From Eledone cirrhosa (Eukaryota), in NCBI GenBank assembly GCA_964016885.1, contig OZ024741.1:102796001-102860000 (forward strand): a DNA stretch of 64,000 nt, written 5' to 3'. Below the pieces are notes generated by a model that searched no databases, was not told the origin of the DNA, and was given only the letters and a program-made list of their open reading frames with translations. Every line of letters begins with the position of its first letter. Position 1 is the first letter of the stretch. A program made the translations under genes and the position numbers. This document shows, piece by piece, positions 26,503 through 41,339 of the stretch.

Positions 26503-26729
26503 GAAGGCAAAGTTAAGCTCTAAACAATCAGCCATTTCAGTATTATCTACGGTTCCATTTTGCTTCATCAATCATTTAAGTATCTGACACATTATCAAGG
26601 AATCCATAATATCAAGAATATATTTTATTGACAAGTCGTCAAATCATACCGGGCTATCATAAAAAATGAAAAAAAGGGAAGGGAATTGATCACAGATCGG
26701 ACCAAGGAAACAATTGCTGCCTGTCTTAA

Positions 26730-26940
26730 CCCTTCAGCATTTACATTACTCTTTATTCACTATTACATTTTTGTGGTAAAGGCTTTATCTTACATAATTA
26801 TCTCACATAGTATCGAAGCTATGAGATTTTGATATTATTTATTTTGAGAAAAATACCTTAACATCAGTATGAGCGGTCGGTTTGAACAGAAAGATATGAG
26901 AGAATTCTGGCCGGATACGGACGGTTTAAATGCTAAAGGG
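26730..26940. mobile_element. Small MITE with CCC-terminal TIRs (piggyBac-like)
   Basis: ttaa|cccttcagcattta ... taaatgctaaaggg|taaa. Confidence 0.55.
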
Positions 26941-27164
26941 TAAAATATAGTCTTAGATGAAACAAAAAAGGTAGTGTCCGTATGGCTACTGCAGTGATGA
27001 TTTTCATCAAAGATTTCCTGGATCGCCAATGAACACGGGACAAACAGCAACGAAAATAACATTACCCATGATACGCCAATATCTGAATTGAGAAAAATAA
27101 ATTATTTTACAAATTTTAAACCGAGGTGTCTGAAAACATTGGGCTAAGATCAAAATTTCAAAAT

Positions 27165-28050
27165 TAATTTGTTAAAAACGTTTACTTTTATGCACATGCT
27201 ATTGGTTATCTGTCTTTCCCCAAGTTTAAACAATATGGAAGGGACGTAATTGTAGCAGGGGCATGATGGGAAGATTCCTTTAAATAAAAGGGGGATGATT
27301 AGTAGGGAAAATGTTGAGAATCATTGCTTTATACTATGTACCAACATTGCCACCACCAATGTTATTGACTGTCTTTCATTGTGGTTATTGCTAGAACAAT
27401 CATTTATAGCAACGTCCAACGTTTAACAATATAAACAGATAAAAATAAAATATGGTTTGTTGTAGTTGGATGGACAGAAATCATACACAAATTCTATAAT
27501 ATGATGTTTTTGTGTATTCGATGCAGCAAATTAATGTAGTTAATAGCAAACGAAAAATTCTCTTTAGAATTGTTTGAATACATTGGTCGTAGGTTTTATT
27601 TTCCTTTTTCTTATGAAAACAGATGTTGACAAGGTGGGGTGGATGTTATTTCTTTGCCTTAAATGAGGAGGAGACGAGGTTTGACATCAGAGAGAACAAA
27701 ATATATTCTGTTAACCGTTTCAGCCAAGCATTCACTGAACAACATCGATATTTGATGTAGAAAATATTATAATACCATGAAGATTTTAGAATCATAGGTT
27801 AGTTACTGTTAGACTGGAATGTTCCAGACACACGCCGCCATACAACATTGGCTGTCATGAGAGAGAAAAATATGCAATGATGTGGATGATAACATTTGAA
27901 TTAGCAGCCGACAGTTACAATGACCGCTATTAATGAAATTTTCCTTGAAAAATTGCTCATGTTATTTTCACTGAGGAATTCTATTATCAAAGTAGATAAC
28001 GAAAATGTACAGATAAGGAATCATGTGAATGGAATGAATTATGCAGAAAA
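27165..28050 (-). repeat. Right arm of the ~880-bp inverted duplication
   Basis: Reverse complement of 22960-23845, with indels. Confidence 0.9.
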
Positions 28051-31000
28051 TTGAAAAGAAATAAACTAATATATTGTTATATTGTTTGAAAATGTTAGAA
28101 CGAGTATTGGGAAAATACTAAGGAAAATACTAAGCAAAACAATCGAGTTTTATCCAAACAGAAACTCCGAATGCATTTTCTGTGAAAAAATATTCAATCA
28201 TTGCTTAGTCATTATTTTTAGTATTGTTCAAAATAAATTTAACAATAAACACGCATACTAAATAACACAAGCTTTTGTCATTAGGAGCGGCTGATGTCGC
28301 TTTATAATTTGATTAAATATATTCTGTTGGTTGGATTATATATAGGCTTTAGAGTGTTTCAATATATGTTTTACATGGCTAGAATTAATTTAACATCGTC
28401 AATGCAGTATTCTTTTTATATGTGAATGCAAAAGCAATATGAAGGTCCATCTTGTGTATTAAGTATGCAACCCGAATCAGCGTGATTCAGGGTCGGACTA
28501 GGCTAGTCATTTAAATTATAACAACAATCTATCTTGTAATGAAGCGTAAGTAATTGAGTATTCTACAGACACTCTTACCTTTAACGTATTCCTAAGGCGA
28601 GTCAGCGTGACATATTATGCGACAATGCGGAACCTTTGGAAGACAGTTGGATGGATTATACTTGTAATTCAAACAGTTGCAGTTTAGACAATTTCACTCA
28701 CATGGCTTGAGTTGACCTGAAGCTGTGGTGAACGACACGTTCCCAAGATGCCACGCAGTGTAATCGAACCAGGAACATAATGATTACAAGGCGAACTTCT
28801 TAACCATTCGGCTATGTTGTGTACACAGAAGGCAAATAGCGATGTGTAAAAATCATGATTATGTACAAACAAGATAATCCGTTGGCATCCAATCTACAAG
28901 TATAGATTTCCCAGTGAAACATTATCGAACACAACGTATGTTGTGTGTATTACAATGAAGCATTATTTCACTTATATATATATGTAAAGTTAGTAGTATA
29001 TTTTTATATATAACGTTAATGCTTAATGAATCTAAATAATATAGAAATAAAAATGAAGGATATACTCCTAACTATCAATTTATATTTATTTATACATTTA
29101 AGCTCATTATATTTTGATTAGACATATTTCAAACATTGTATATCTTTTGAAGAATATTGCGCCTTTGGTGGCGGATTGGCATTATAGGCAGTGAAATGGC
29201 AGAATCCTTAGAGAATCGGATTACACTGCCTTTAATCTCTGAGTTCAAATCCCTCTGAGGACAATTTTATCTCTATCGTGGTCGATAAAAAGTGGCATTC
29301 CAGGGTCGGTGGGTTAACGAAATTTTTAGTGTCGGGTAGAGTATTATACAGTATCTCATCCAGTTCTGTGGATTCTGATTTCAGATCTCACCTCCTTTTT
29401 CCAAGAGTTACAATTGCCATCATATAGTATCAGCTATATAAATATCAATTGGAAAGTTAGTTCCCTTGGTCTGATCTGATAATCGGCCCCTTTCCTTTTC
29501 TTTTCAAATGAGTTATAAAATTATATTGAAAGTTTGTAGAACTGCGTCATACATATAGACAGTGGTGTACAGTAAAGCATGGATGTTTCATATTTCAATA
29601 AATAGAATAACTGTTGCTCATGTTCGTCACATCTATAAACTGAATATTTGATCCGATCTGTGAAAATAAACTTTAATGGATTAAACTATTAAAATATATG
29701 TAAAATAGGAGGTAATAAAATGTTCAGATTTTTCAACAGGCTTACGAACTTTTTTAAGAAACGATTTCAAACACATTGTTGCTTTATACATCGAAGTAAA
29801 TATTTTACCATATTTTAAAGGCATTTCAAGAAACAGCATGACTATATTTTGATCTTATGTATCAATATTCAGTTCGTTTAATTTCTTTTCAATATGAGTG
29901 TTCCTTTTATCCTTTTGGAATAAAATAGGGACACGTACATATAATATGTTTATATTTTGAGATAGGATAAGGATAAAATCTATGTTTATGAATCATAACA
30001 TAAACATAATGTCTCTTGTTAGAGGAATACAGTCACTGATATCTACTTCAATATATCATTGATATTTATTTTATCAAACCTGGTAGGATTTTAACCCCTA
30101 ACCTAAAGAGCCGTAAGTACATTCCGCATGAAATTTTGTTCGGAACTCTGCCTATTGGGCAACTGTCTTTATCATAGCCTTGTGTCAACCCAAAACTTGT
30201 GAGGGGAATTTGATAAACGGAAACTGTGTGGACGCCCATCAGATGGAATGTACCTGCAATTCTAAGTTCCAGCCTTTCCACACTGCGTCATGCCGCTCCT
30301 GACTCAGATTTACATTAAAGAAGCGTCTGTTTAATACTCAGTCACTTGCAACCTAATACAAGGTGTATTGTACCAGTAATTCAAAGGTCCATCCTTGCCA
30401 TATATTGTGTCGCCCTGATTCTACTTGAGAATCACGTTAATGATACACGTATCTGTATAATACACGTCACTTACAATATACCACAAAATAGACTTGAATC
30501 ACATTGAATCGGCTCCAGTTTTACATTAAGGGTAGACATGTCTGCACACTACTCAACAAGTTACGTGCTAATTCGCAACTAATTGTTCATCATCGAGGCC
30601 GATGGAGGATCTATCATGTTATCTACGCGTATATATTTTCTGCAAATGACAGCGTCTTTTCAAGAAATGGTACTGAAGTAATTCTATCATATTTTATAAG
30701 CTTCTTAACCCATCTTATTTGATTTATCAATATCAGCAACCCAAGAAAGTTTATTTATATAACAAAATGGCGGGATAACGCTGCTAACCAGATTACTTCT
30801 GTTGAAATGAAATCTTAGATTAACTTTCCACAAATCTTGTAAATTGAAAGAACTAACCGTAGGGAGGATTCTCATCATGTAGTGGATATCTACGTGGTGA
30901 GAATAATTTCGTTTCTTTCCAAATTTCCGAGGTTTTGATATTGTGTGATCAGACAATATTTTATTATGAAAACCTCCTATGGCATGATGTATGATATGTA

Positions 31001-32374
31001 TGATAAAATACCGACATTGTTTACTATGTTCATAACATCACATCATGATATTTCATATCACTTCCTTGCAAACTGTGATTTGATGTTTATTAATATACAG
31101 AAGATCACAATATGCTTTGTATCGTTATTGAAATTGTGTCTGTTCAATCCATATGTCGCTAAACTTCCAGGGCATTAAACAGATCACAGAAAATGGTAAG
31201 TTGATAAGATTCACCGTTTTAATCAACGCTATCGCTGGACAACTATTCATATAACTTTTAAAGACAAGAAAGGTAATTTTGACTGATTAAAGAGACTATA
31301 CAGTTCCCACTGGTTTGTCTAAAATTATTATTAATATAATCCGCACGAAGCTACCCTCTAGGTAGACTGGAAATGAACGATGCAAGAATATGTAATTTAA
31401 TACCATTACTCCTTTCAAATTCCGAATTAAGGTAAAAGCTATTGTTTCTGAAATTGCACACTACGTTTATATAAGTTGTTTGACCTCCAGCGTTTCCGAC
31501 GACGAGTGCTCCCGCTGACTCATTCAATGGAACTACCAGCTAATGAACATGTAACTCGCTGCGTTTAATTCATTCATTCATTCAGCCATACAATTGAAGG
31601 TAAGCTACACTCTAATATGTATCTATGCTTATGTCTAAATATATGCGTTCCTTCTGACTTTATTCTAACTCCCTTACGGTTGAATAAACCTTAGGCGGTA
31701 ACTAACTGCTTCTTGTAGCAATGAACTTACTGGCCACCAGTCTACCCTTCACAACACTTCTATCTTGATCGCTAGCTACCTGATAATTTTCACCCCTTTT
31801 CGAATTTGTTACTGGCAGCAATCACTTTGGAAAAACATCGCTCCTAACTGAGGGAGTCTCTTGATAAGCTTGAAACCTTGTGGATAATGCAACGATTAAA
31901 CATTTCTACAAAGCACAAGCGAAATTGTCGACTGTCAGGGCTAGAGGAATATTGGTAAACATTTATCTATTATTTCTTCAAACTTATATTTTAAACTTAG
32001 CTCCGTTTAATTGATTATTTATTTAATTTCTACAGACTAAGAAGAAAAATTAGGTAAATTTTATCTGCCTGTTCTTCAAACATATAATTATATATATATA
32101 TATATTATTCAAAATATTAATAAATGAAAAATATTCTCATAACCAAATATATATATTTTATTATACATATTTCAAAGGTACAATGGTATTTCATTACGTT
32201 TTCATCAGATAAAATATATGAGAGATTGGATATGCGACATACCGCTAAGGTTTTGATTATTCAATTCACCAACCCTCAACATTTTTATACCACAAATAAT
32301 ATAACAAACTTAGAGAAGAAGAGGCCGTAAAGCAAGGTAGAAATATAGAAGGGGGGTTGAAAGGGAAGATGTGA

Positions 32375-32503
32375 AGAAAAAAGAAAAAAGAAAAAAGAAA
32401 AAAGAAAAAAGAAAAAAGAAAAAAGAAAAAAGAAAAAAGAAAAAAGAAAAAAGAAAAAAGAAAAAAGAAAAAAGAAAAAAGAAAAAAGAAAAAAGAAAAA
32501 AAG
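32375..32503. repeat. (GAAAAAA)n heptamer tandem repeat inside the PLE 5' region
   Basis: read directly. Confidence 0.9.
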
Positions 32504-35280
32504 AAGGGAAATAAATAAAAGAAGAAAATGGATGATGCAGAGAGAAAAGAAGGGAAATAAATAAAAGAAGAAAAGGGAATATGCGGAGCGAAAAGAAGGG
32601 AAATAAAGAAAAGGAAGAAAAGGAAAGGGAAAGGATAAAATAAAGGGGAGAATAAAATACCCTAGACAAAATTCAAAATATATATCCCTCTAGGATATAC
32701 CATTACCATCAAATGATGAATATATGAGACAGCTTATAGAGAAATCTAATTATTCCATAAGAAGACTGCGGTGGCGTGCTTTCCACTTTGAAAACAACGA
32801 AAAAGTTGATAAGAAAAACACCAATCATAATTTTGATCTTATTTTTAGATGTAGAAAAAATCCCCCATATAATAAATTCCTGGCTAATTTTGAAAATGAA
32901 ATCATAAATATAATACGAAACATTAAATTTTAAAAAAAACATATAGAGGCCAGGAATACCTCAGAGGCCTAAAAGATAAAATTGATGACATGCAAAAAAC
33001 AAATAAGATATTAGTTAAATCGGATAAAACGAACAACCAAAATGGGATGGAAAAAGTAAAATATAATAATTTAATTTTAAAAGAACTGAGGAAAAACTAT
33101 AAAAAGGCCTCAAGCGAGGATTCATCGGACATAAAAGAGGAAGCATATAAAATTATCACCAACCTAAGAATCGAGCGTAAGACAGAACCTTTCATACTAA
33201 AACAGCCGAGGATTAATATGAAAGACCATAAAAAACTTTGAGGAAGATTTACTAGTAAGACTCATAGCACCTTCTAAATCTGATCTAGGAATCATTAGCA
33301 AGAATATAATAGATAGGATTATACCAACACTTAAATTGAAATCACAAATAAATCTATGGAAAAGATTGGTTCATAAATATTAAACATAAAAATAATTATA
33401 AGTTTATTCAAATGGATATAGCCAGTTATTATTCCTCGATAACTCCCAATCTATTAAATAAGGCGCTGTCATATGCATACAAACACACATACCTATCTAG
33501 TGAGGAGATAAATATTATATTAACTGCAAGGTGAACTTTGATAGATTTTAATAATGATCTTTGGACTAGGGCTGGGTTCTTCGGACTCAGCCCAAGTCAC
33601 AGATCTAGTGGGCATTTTTATCCTTAACATGGTAAATAGAAAATTGCCGGAGATTACCGGAGGTTTGTATAGGGACGACATACTATTTATTGTAGAGAAA
33701 CATACAATAGTTAATTAAATAGAGTAAAGAAAGCAATTATAGAATTTTTAAAAAATTACAACCTGAAATTAGAAATAGAAAATAATAATAAAATAGTTAA
33801 TTTTTTGGATGTGACTCTAAATCTTAACTCAGGCATTTATTACCCTTTCCACAAAGTTAATGAGAACTTAAATTATGTTAGTTTTTATTCTAATCATCCT
33901 AAAAGTGTTAAGAATGCGATAGTCAACAAAGAATATCCAGGCTCTCTGCTAATAGATCTATATTTAATAGTAAGGCTATATATTATAACGAAGCGCTACA
34001 TAAAGCTGGATATAACAATAACATTGAGTATATAGATAAACATACTGAAATCCATCAAAATAAAATTAATTATAATCATAATAATCATCATAAAAAGGAA
34101 TATAAACACAACTGGATGAATAAATCGAAGAAAAAAGTAAGAACTAGATCTATAATTTGGTATTCACCGCCAGCATCCTTAGGTATTAAGACACCTGTAG
34201 CACATTTATTTTTTAAAGCTTTAGATAAATGCTTCCCTAGATCTCATAAATATTACCATATCTTCAATAGACACACAGTTAAACATTCTTACTCAACTAC
34301 TATGAATATTGCTCAAAATATAGCAAAAATAAATAATAAGAATCTAAAATCAGACCAACCTCTACTAAGCAATAATAATAATAATAATATATTAATAGAA
34401 ATAACAATAATAATAGTCTAAACATGAATAATAGTATAACGCCTTTAAATAACAATGCGAATAGTATAATACCTGTAAAATAACAGTCAGAATAAATGTA
34501 ATTGTAGAAATAGGTCCGAATGCCCTTTACAAAATAATTGCTTTGATAAAAATATTGTATATAAATGTACCATTAAGGCAAATGGTAATATATATAATTA
34601 CATCTAAAATAAAGAACGTTGGTATAATCACAGACATACTTTTAATAGGCCGGATAAAAAATGTTCAACTTCACTTTCACAATTAGTATGGTCTTTAAAA
34701 GACAATAACATTAAATACTCCATCTCTTGGAGAAAATTACGTATGCTACCCCCTAATCTCAGAATTTTGCCATCTTTGTAATGAGGAAATACTTCACATA
34801 ATCACAAATTTAATCAACAAAAAGAATAAATTATTTAGTAGTTGTCATCATAAAATTGGTAAGACTTTCCAGACAATGTACCAGTTCCAAAAAAATAAGG
34901 ACAAATAACATCATGAATATATGTAAATTTTGACTAATTAAAATAATAATTTATAGATATTTATATGTAATAGCATAACCTCATTGAGAGTTTTTTATCC
35001 TACGAATTGATTATTTTAGCTCAATATTTAATTAGACATCAATTAAGATATATACACTAGATACGTTAAGGTTCTTAAAATATCGTTGGACGCGAGAGAA
35101 GAGATTCCCTCTAAGTTATAAAATGTTTTACTTTGTAAAAGAGTTATCTTCCTTGTGTTTACATTGTCCGTAAAAATTGTTATTAGCTTGGGAAAAACAT
35201 ATATAAAATATAGATTACTACCACTACAGGAATTGAATAATACCTTAGCGGTATGTCGCATATCCAATCTCTCATATATG

Positions 35281-35350
35281 TTATCTGATGAAAACGTACT
35301 GAAACAGATACGTGTATCATTATACAGATACGTGTATCATTAACGTACCT
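35281..35350 (+). ncRNA. Degenerate hammerhead-like motif in the PLE pLTR (mirrored at 32176-32212(-) and 14997-15033(-))
   Basis: CTGATGA aaacgtact GAAA cag...; a three-copy consensus suggests GAAA cagtactg TA. Stems I and II pair poorly, and this copy has an 18-nt duplication in stem III. Confidence 0.4.
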
Positions 35351-36236
35351 TTGAAATATGTATAATAAAATATATATTTTGGTTATGAGAATATTTTTCA
35401 TTTATTAATATTTTGAATAATATAAAATATTCCAGATACATTACTGTCGAGTGCTTCTAATCTATAGTAAAATTGTATTCGTTGAATAATCAACGAACCA
35501 TATAAACTTATATATATATAATTTTTTCAGAACTGCGAAATTATACCGGTGACTTGCTAACCCGGATTATTGGGCTTAATCTACATTTCAAACTTTGTAA
35601 AGAGCACTAACACGACACTATGATAAAATATACATCACTCTAGCGAGAGTTTTCCTTTTCTCCCGTTTGCACAGCCAACACTCCAAACAAATACACGTTA
35701 AATAATACATATTTATACACATAAAAGCGTATATATCAATATATATAGTGAGTATAAAAGCCTCGTTCTACAATCGCAAACAAATTAGAAAACCTCAATT
35801 ATACGTATATTGGATGTTTTAATAAATACTGTATTGTGCACAAATATTTCTTACTTAATTAATTACGTCATACTTGAATGCACATTATATAAATTAGAGT
35901 GACTATTTTAGTTAAGTTCCAGTTTTCTGATGATAGTCCAACTACGCTATATCTTGATTTTTTTCAGTGTATGAATAGAATAGTAATGCTTTTTGTATTC
36001 AATTGTGTTTTCAGAGTGATAAGCTGAATGTAAAAGGGAGTTTGATTCAAAGGAGATTTGACTGCTATTTCTAAAAGGCATGTGAATTCTTATAACCGCT
36101 CTTGTAATTTCCTGTCTCTGTCTTTAACAGAGATAGAAGTGTCTCTCAAATGAAGGATGCGTTAGTTAGCACCTATGTTCTTTCTGATTGAGTCAAGCTA
36201 TCTTATACAATAATATACATATGTGAAAATATTGAA

Positions 36237-36358
<122 letters not shown>

Positions 36359-36812
36359 TGGGGGAATAGAGAGAGAGAGAGTTTCAAAACAATCAATCAT
36401 CTGTAATCCATAATTCAGGCAATAATCTGATTTCGATTATTTATTTGTGTAAGTTCAATCGTGCAAGGATATAATAAGATAGCAACAACCATATCGATTA
36501 CAATATTTTGATTAATATATAAATCTTCTAGCATGTGTTGTATATATCCGATTTAGAATAGGGACGCTATAAGAGATGACAAAAATTGTTGGCGCCAGAA
36601 AACCATTAGATTGTAAAACTACGATGAGCATATAATCTTCATGGGGCGCGCAAGGCTAACTCTTGATTTGGCTTGAAAAATAGCCTCAAAATGCTTCTTG
36701 TTGCTGTCTTGTGGCGTTTAAATAAAACAAATTTTTCACATTTCTCACCATTACCTAAAGTGCCAATCTCAGATTTTGAAAACTTTCATTGTAAATTAGA
36801 CATCATATAGAC

Positions 36813-39019
36813 CAGTGGTCACCAAACTACGGCCCGCGGGCCGGATCAGGCCCGCGACGTCAGGTCATCAGGCCCGCCGACGGTACGTGCATTTGCGTGA
36901 TAAAACGGATGGAACACGAGATGTTTCTAATTCAATGTCTTTTTTATTTTCAGATCCCGTTTTCTTCATCCTTTATTATGGCTACGAAGAAAAGAAAAGT
37001 GGACGCCGAGTGTCGCGTTTTCAATGAAGAATGGGGAGTAAAGTACTTCTTTGTGGAAACAAAGGACCAGAAAGCTAGTTGCGTGGTATGCAGCGAAAGT
37101 GTTGCCGTTTTGAAAGAGTACAATCTTCGGCGTCACTATGAAACAAAACATTTATCAACATATTCAAAGTTTTCAGGAAAGTTACGCTCTGAGAAATATG
37201 AGTGCATGAAACGTGGTTTAGAAACTCCAAGAAATCTCTTCACGAGAAAGTTTGCTGAAAATGAATCTGTCACTCGTACAAGTTACAAAATAGTGCATAA
37301 GTTGGCAGAGCGAGGAAAACCGTTTACTGATGGCAACTTCATCAAAAGTGTATGATGGAAGCAGCAAATGACTTGTGTCCTGAGAAAGCCGATTTGTTTG
37401 GAAGTATCAGCCTTTCGGCAAGTTCCGTTGTGCGGAGAACAGAAGAACTTGGAGAGAACATAGTGCTACAGATACGTGAGAAAGCTAGGAGCTTGTTGTG
37501 GTATTCTCTGGTGCTGGATGAGTCTACTGATCTCTCGAGTACGTCACAACTTCTCGTGTTCATTCGTGTGTCAATTTGGACTTTCAGCTAACGGAAGAGT
37601 TGGCATCCGTTTCCTGCAGGCATGGAACAACAACTGGAAAAGACATTTTCATGGAAGAGCAGAAAACTTTGCAAGACTATAACCTTCAGTGGAATCAGCT
37701 TCGAGGTGTTACAGTTGATGGAGGAAAAAACATGGCTGGAGTGAGGAAGGGTCTGGTCGGGCAGATCAGGACTCAGTTGGAAGATTTGCAAATTCTGGGC
37801 GCTCTGTTCATACACTGTATCATACATCAGCAAGCACTCTGTGGAAAAGACTTTGATATTTCTTTTTTTCTGAAACCAGTCGTTTCTGTTGTGTACTTCA
37901 TTCGGGGAAATGCACTCAATCACCGTCAGTTCCAGGCTTTTCTTGAAGAAATTGATTCTGATTTCTGTGACTTGCCTTATCACACAGCAGTGAAGTGGCT
38001 CAGCTGCGGTAAAGTCCTGTTTCGTTTTTACAAGCTCCGAAACGAAATAGATGTTTTTCTCACTGAAAAAGATAGAGCTGATCCACAGCTGTCAGATCCT
38101 ACCTGGCTGTCAAAGTTGTCATTTTTGGTCGACATCACATCCCACATGAATGAACTGAAAGATTTCGGAGAAAGCTGTCATTGTTTGAAGCACAAGTGGA
38201 AGGAGAAAACTTCTCTTATTTTCACTGTTGCAAAGAGTTTTGCGCTACAATTGCTGAAGATGTCAACCTCGATTTTCCTAAAAAGATTATTCGTGACTTA
38301 AAGAAGCATTTTTTGAGAGATTTTGAGATCTCGACAGAATTGAGAGTGACATTCTTCTGTTCAAGAATCCGTTTGATTGTAACCTTGATGATGTGCCAGT
38401 TGAACTACAGTTGGAGCTCATTGATTTGCAAGCAAATGACTTGTTGAAAGAGAAGCACAGAGAAGGAAAACTTGTTGAATTTTACCGCTTCTTACCTAAT
38501 GTTGAGTTTCAGAAATTGAAGAAATTTGCCGCTGGTTTGGAACAACTTATGTCTGTGAGCAAACATTTTCAAAAATGAAGTATGTGAAGTCAACACATCG
38601 AACGAGATTGACTGATGAACATTTGAAAGCAATTCTCTTCATTGGATGCAACAATTCCAAACCAAAAATTGATGATATCTTGAAAGTCAAACGTCAGTTT
38701 CACAAATCTCACTAACCTTTTTTTGCTGCTTAGTTTGTAAGATTCAGATATGTGCACACTAGGTCTGATGTAACTATATTTTTGCTAACATCGCCTTCTT
38801 TGATTACTTTTTAGTAAATAAATATGTTGGTTGTCTTTGTTTTTTGTGCATTGCACGCCACTCACCCATGATTAACATGGAATGCTAAACGTAGTGTTTC
38901 GTCTTTTTTCCCAGAGCTTTCGTTCTGGCTTGCAAGTATTGAACAGAATGATTATGCGGCCCGCACTCGTCATTCTTTCAGTTTTTCGGCCCACTGTGAA
39001 AAAAGTTTGGTGACCCCTG
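36813..39019 (+). mobile_element. Complete hAT DNA transposon (Buster/Charlie/SPIN-like), 2207 bp
   Basis: TIRs cagtggtcaccaaact / agtttggtgacccctg; perfect 8-bp TSD atatagac (36805-36812 and 39020-39027) with central TA; subterminal ggcccg repeats. Confidence 0.96.
36978..38714 (+). pseudogene. hAT transposase (GTF2IRD2/SPIN-like), frameshifted
   Basis: MATKKRKVDAECRVFNEEW, CVVC..KEYNLRRHYETKH, LDESTD, TVDGGKNM, HCIIHQQALC, VKWLS, LQLELIDLQ. Confidence 0.93.
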
Positions 39020-39479
39020 ATATAGACAGACATAAATATATATACATAAATATATCTGCTCACCTCTGTATGTGTATTACATTCATGTATGTCAATGCGT
39101 GTCTGAATAGTTATTCTTCGACTTGTGTATTTGTGCACATACATGTTTGGATGTCATTACGCGCACGCATTTGTGCTTGCGTGTGTGTATGTGCGTGCGC
39201 GTGTGTGTGCGTGCGTGTGTATGCACAAAAGGCTAAAGGGCTAGAATATTTTACAGATTTTAACTGTTTAATTAACATTTTGTAATTGTAACCGTGATTT
39301 CTTTTTGTTAAGATTGGTGTTGGAAATGTGCTCCAAAATTTAGATATGCTTCTAAATTTATATTTTGGGTGTTTAAGCTGCAAAATTTGAATAAATTCAC
39401 CACAGATATTTTCATTTTCTTTTACCCTTAGCATCGTGTCCATTCGCCGCAATAATGAAAGCAACGATGGGATAAAATG

Positions 39480-39650
39480 GCCATCATTGTATTTTTCAGG
39501 TTCTTTAGGCTCTGTGTTCAAATCCCGCCGAGGTAAATTTTGCATTTTATCCTTCCGCTGTTGATAAAGTAAAGTACCAGTCACGTACTGGGGTTGATTT
39601 AAACAACTTTGCCCGTCCACTAACATTTTCTGGCATTGAGTCTAAATTAG
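39480..39650 (+). mobile_element. Decayed SINE family A
   Basis: gttcaaatcccgccgagg..gataaagtaaagtaccagtc. Confidence 0.75.
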
Positions 39651-40129
39651 AATCTAAATCAGTCTATTCTCACAGATAAGATCAATTTTTCTCACAACAT
39701 AGCTATGCACAACTTTTTGTTGATTAAAAGAAAGCTTTTCGTTTCATGATTTGTTGCTGTGTAATTGTACAAATCCCATGGGTGTGTATACCTGGTCATA
39801 TATATATGACGACTGCAGCCTGGTGTAGTCCGCCACGTCCGAACCAGGTTTGGATATAATTATGCATTTGTAGATTTCTGAAAAACCTAATATACTTTTT
39901 ACTTTATATATGGTATGTATATGGTATGTATATATGGTATGTATATGATAGGTTAGGTTGGGGTTACTTAAGCTCGTAAATAGCGTTGGATTGGAATCAC
40001 TTTGTTCGAGTTTATAATAGAGCATATAAACAGGACTTAGTGCGCTGTATGAGCTATCAGTGTGTTAGGGATTAGCGTGTTGCGTCACCGTATGACGTAA
40101 TATCCGAAGAGTATATTACTGCGATATCA

Positions 40130-40860
40130 GCTCTCTGTAGCCATTTTATATTTTTCACATGCTTTTGTTAACAGCTCCTCAATTTTAGGACGTCGAACGA
40201 TGGGCACCGAGCAACGAACCAGAAAGAGATGTTTAGTCCGGCTGGGGAAAATTCCATCAGAATCACTCGGAGTACTGCAGCAAGTATACAGAGATGAGAC
40301 TATGTTGCGTTTATGGGTTTTCGAGTGGTGCAAATGGCTCAAAGAACGACGCGGAAGACCTCCAACGAGCAGAACTGAGGCCAACATTGAGCGCGTGAGG
40401 CAGGTGGTGTGTGGTGATCGTCGGCTGACTGTTCGCAAGAGAGCTGGGCATGAACCGTGACAGCGTTTGAAAGATTATCACCGAAGATTTGGGCATGCGG
40501 AAGATCTGTGCGAAGACGGTGCCGAAGCTGCTGAAAGATGACCGGCAAAGTGGTGTGTCAGGGCATCCTCGAGCGTCTTGAAACCGAACCAGACTTGCTG
40601 GGGAGAGTCATCGCCGGGGATCTTTGAGTACAATCCGAAAACGAAGCGCCAAAGTCGTCGAGAGAGCCGTGACGGTGGAGGTGTGGAGATTCCCAGGAGA
40701 ATCTTTCTACGAATGCATGGAGGCTTGGCGGAGAAGGATGGAAAGGTGCGTTAGGTTCGAGGGGAATATTTTGAAGGAGAAAATGTGTAGTTTGTAGTTT
40801 GGATTTTAAATATTTTTCTTCGACCCCAGTCTTGTTTCTTTTCTGATATACACTTCGTTT
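40130..40860 (+). mobile_element. Mariner (Tc1/mariner) remnant with internal deletion
   Basis: EQR..CLVRLGK..LQQVY..VFEW..GRPPTSRTEANIERVRQVV..DRRLTVR, EDLGMRKICA..VPKLL; right TIR-like end at about 40830-40860; left TIR not found. Confidence 0.85.
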
Positions 40861-40877
40861 ATATATATAAATATATA

Positions 40878-41339
<462 letters not shown>

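Larger units (their letters stand above)
32105..35510 (+). mobile_element. Near full-length Penelope-like element with an inverted partial pLTR at its 5' side
   Basis: RRLRWRAFHF, KSDKTNN, MKDHK, MDIASYYSSI, GLYRDDIL, FLDVTLNL, HIFNRHTVKHSYST, CNCRNRSECPLQNNC..IVYKC, ERWYNHRHTF. 32105-32267 is the reverse complement of 35230-35420. (TA)n flanks. Confidence 0.92.

Noticed and set aside
26835-27082. Minus-strand ORF with a signal-peptide-like start after a good splice acceptor
   Set aside because: No clear donor, runs into a MITE, no recognisable family
31490-32055. Cluster of splice-like signals and a KR-containing peptide suggestive of a small precursor gene
   Set aside because: No consistent open frame across the putative exons
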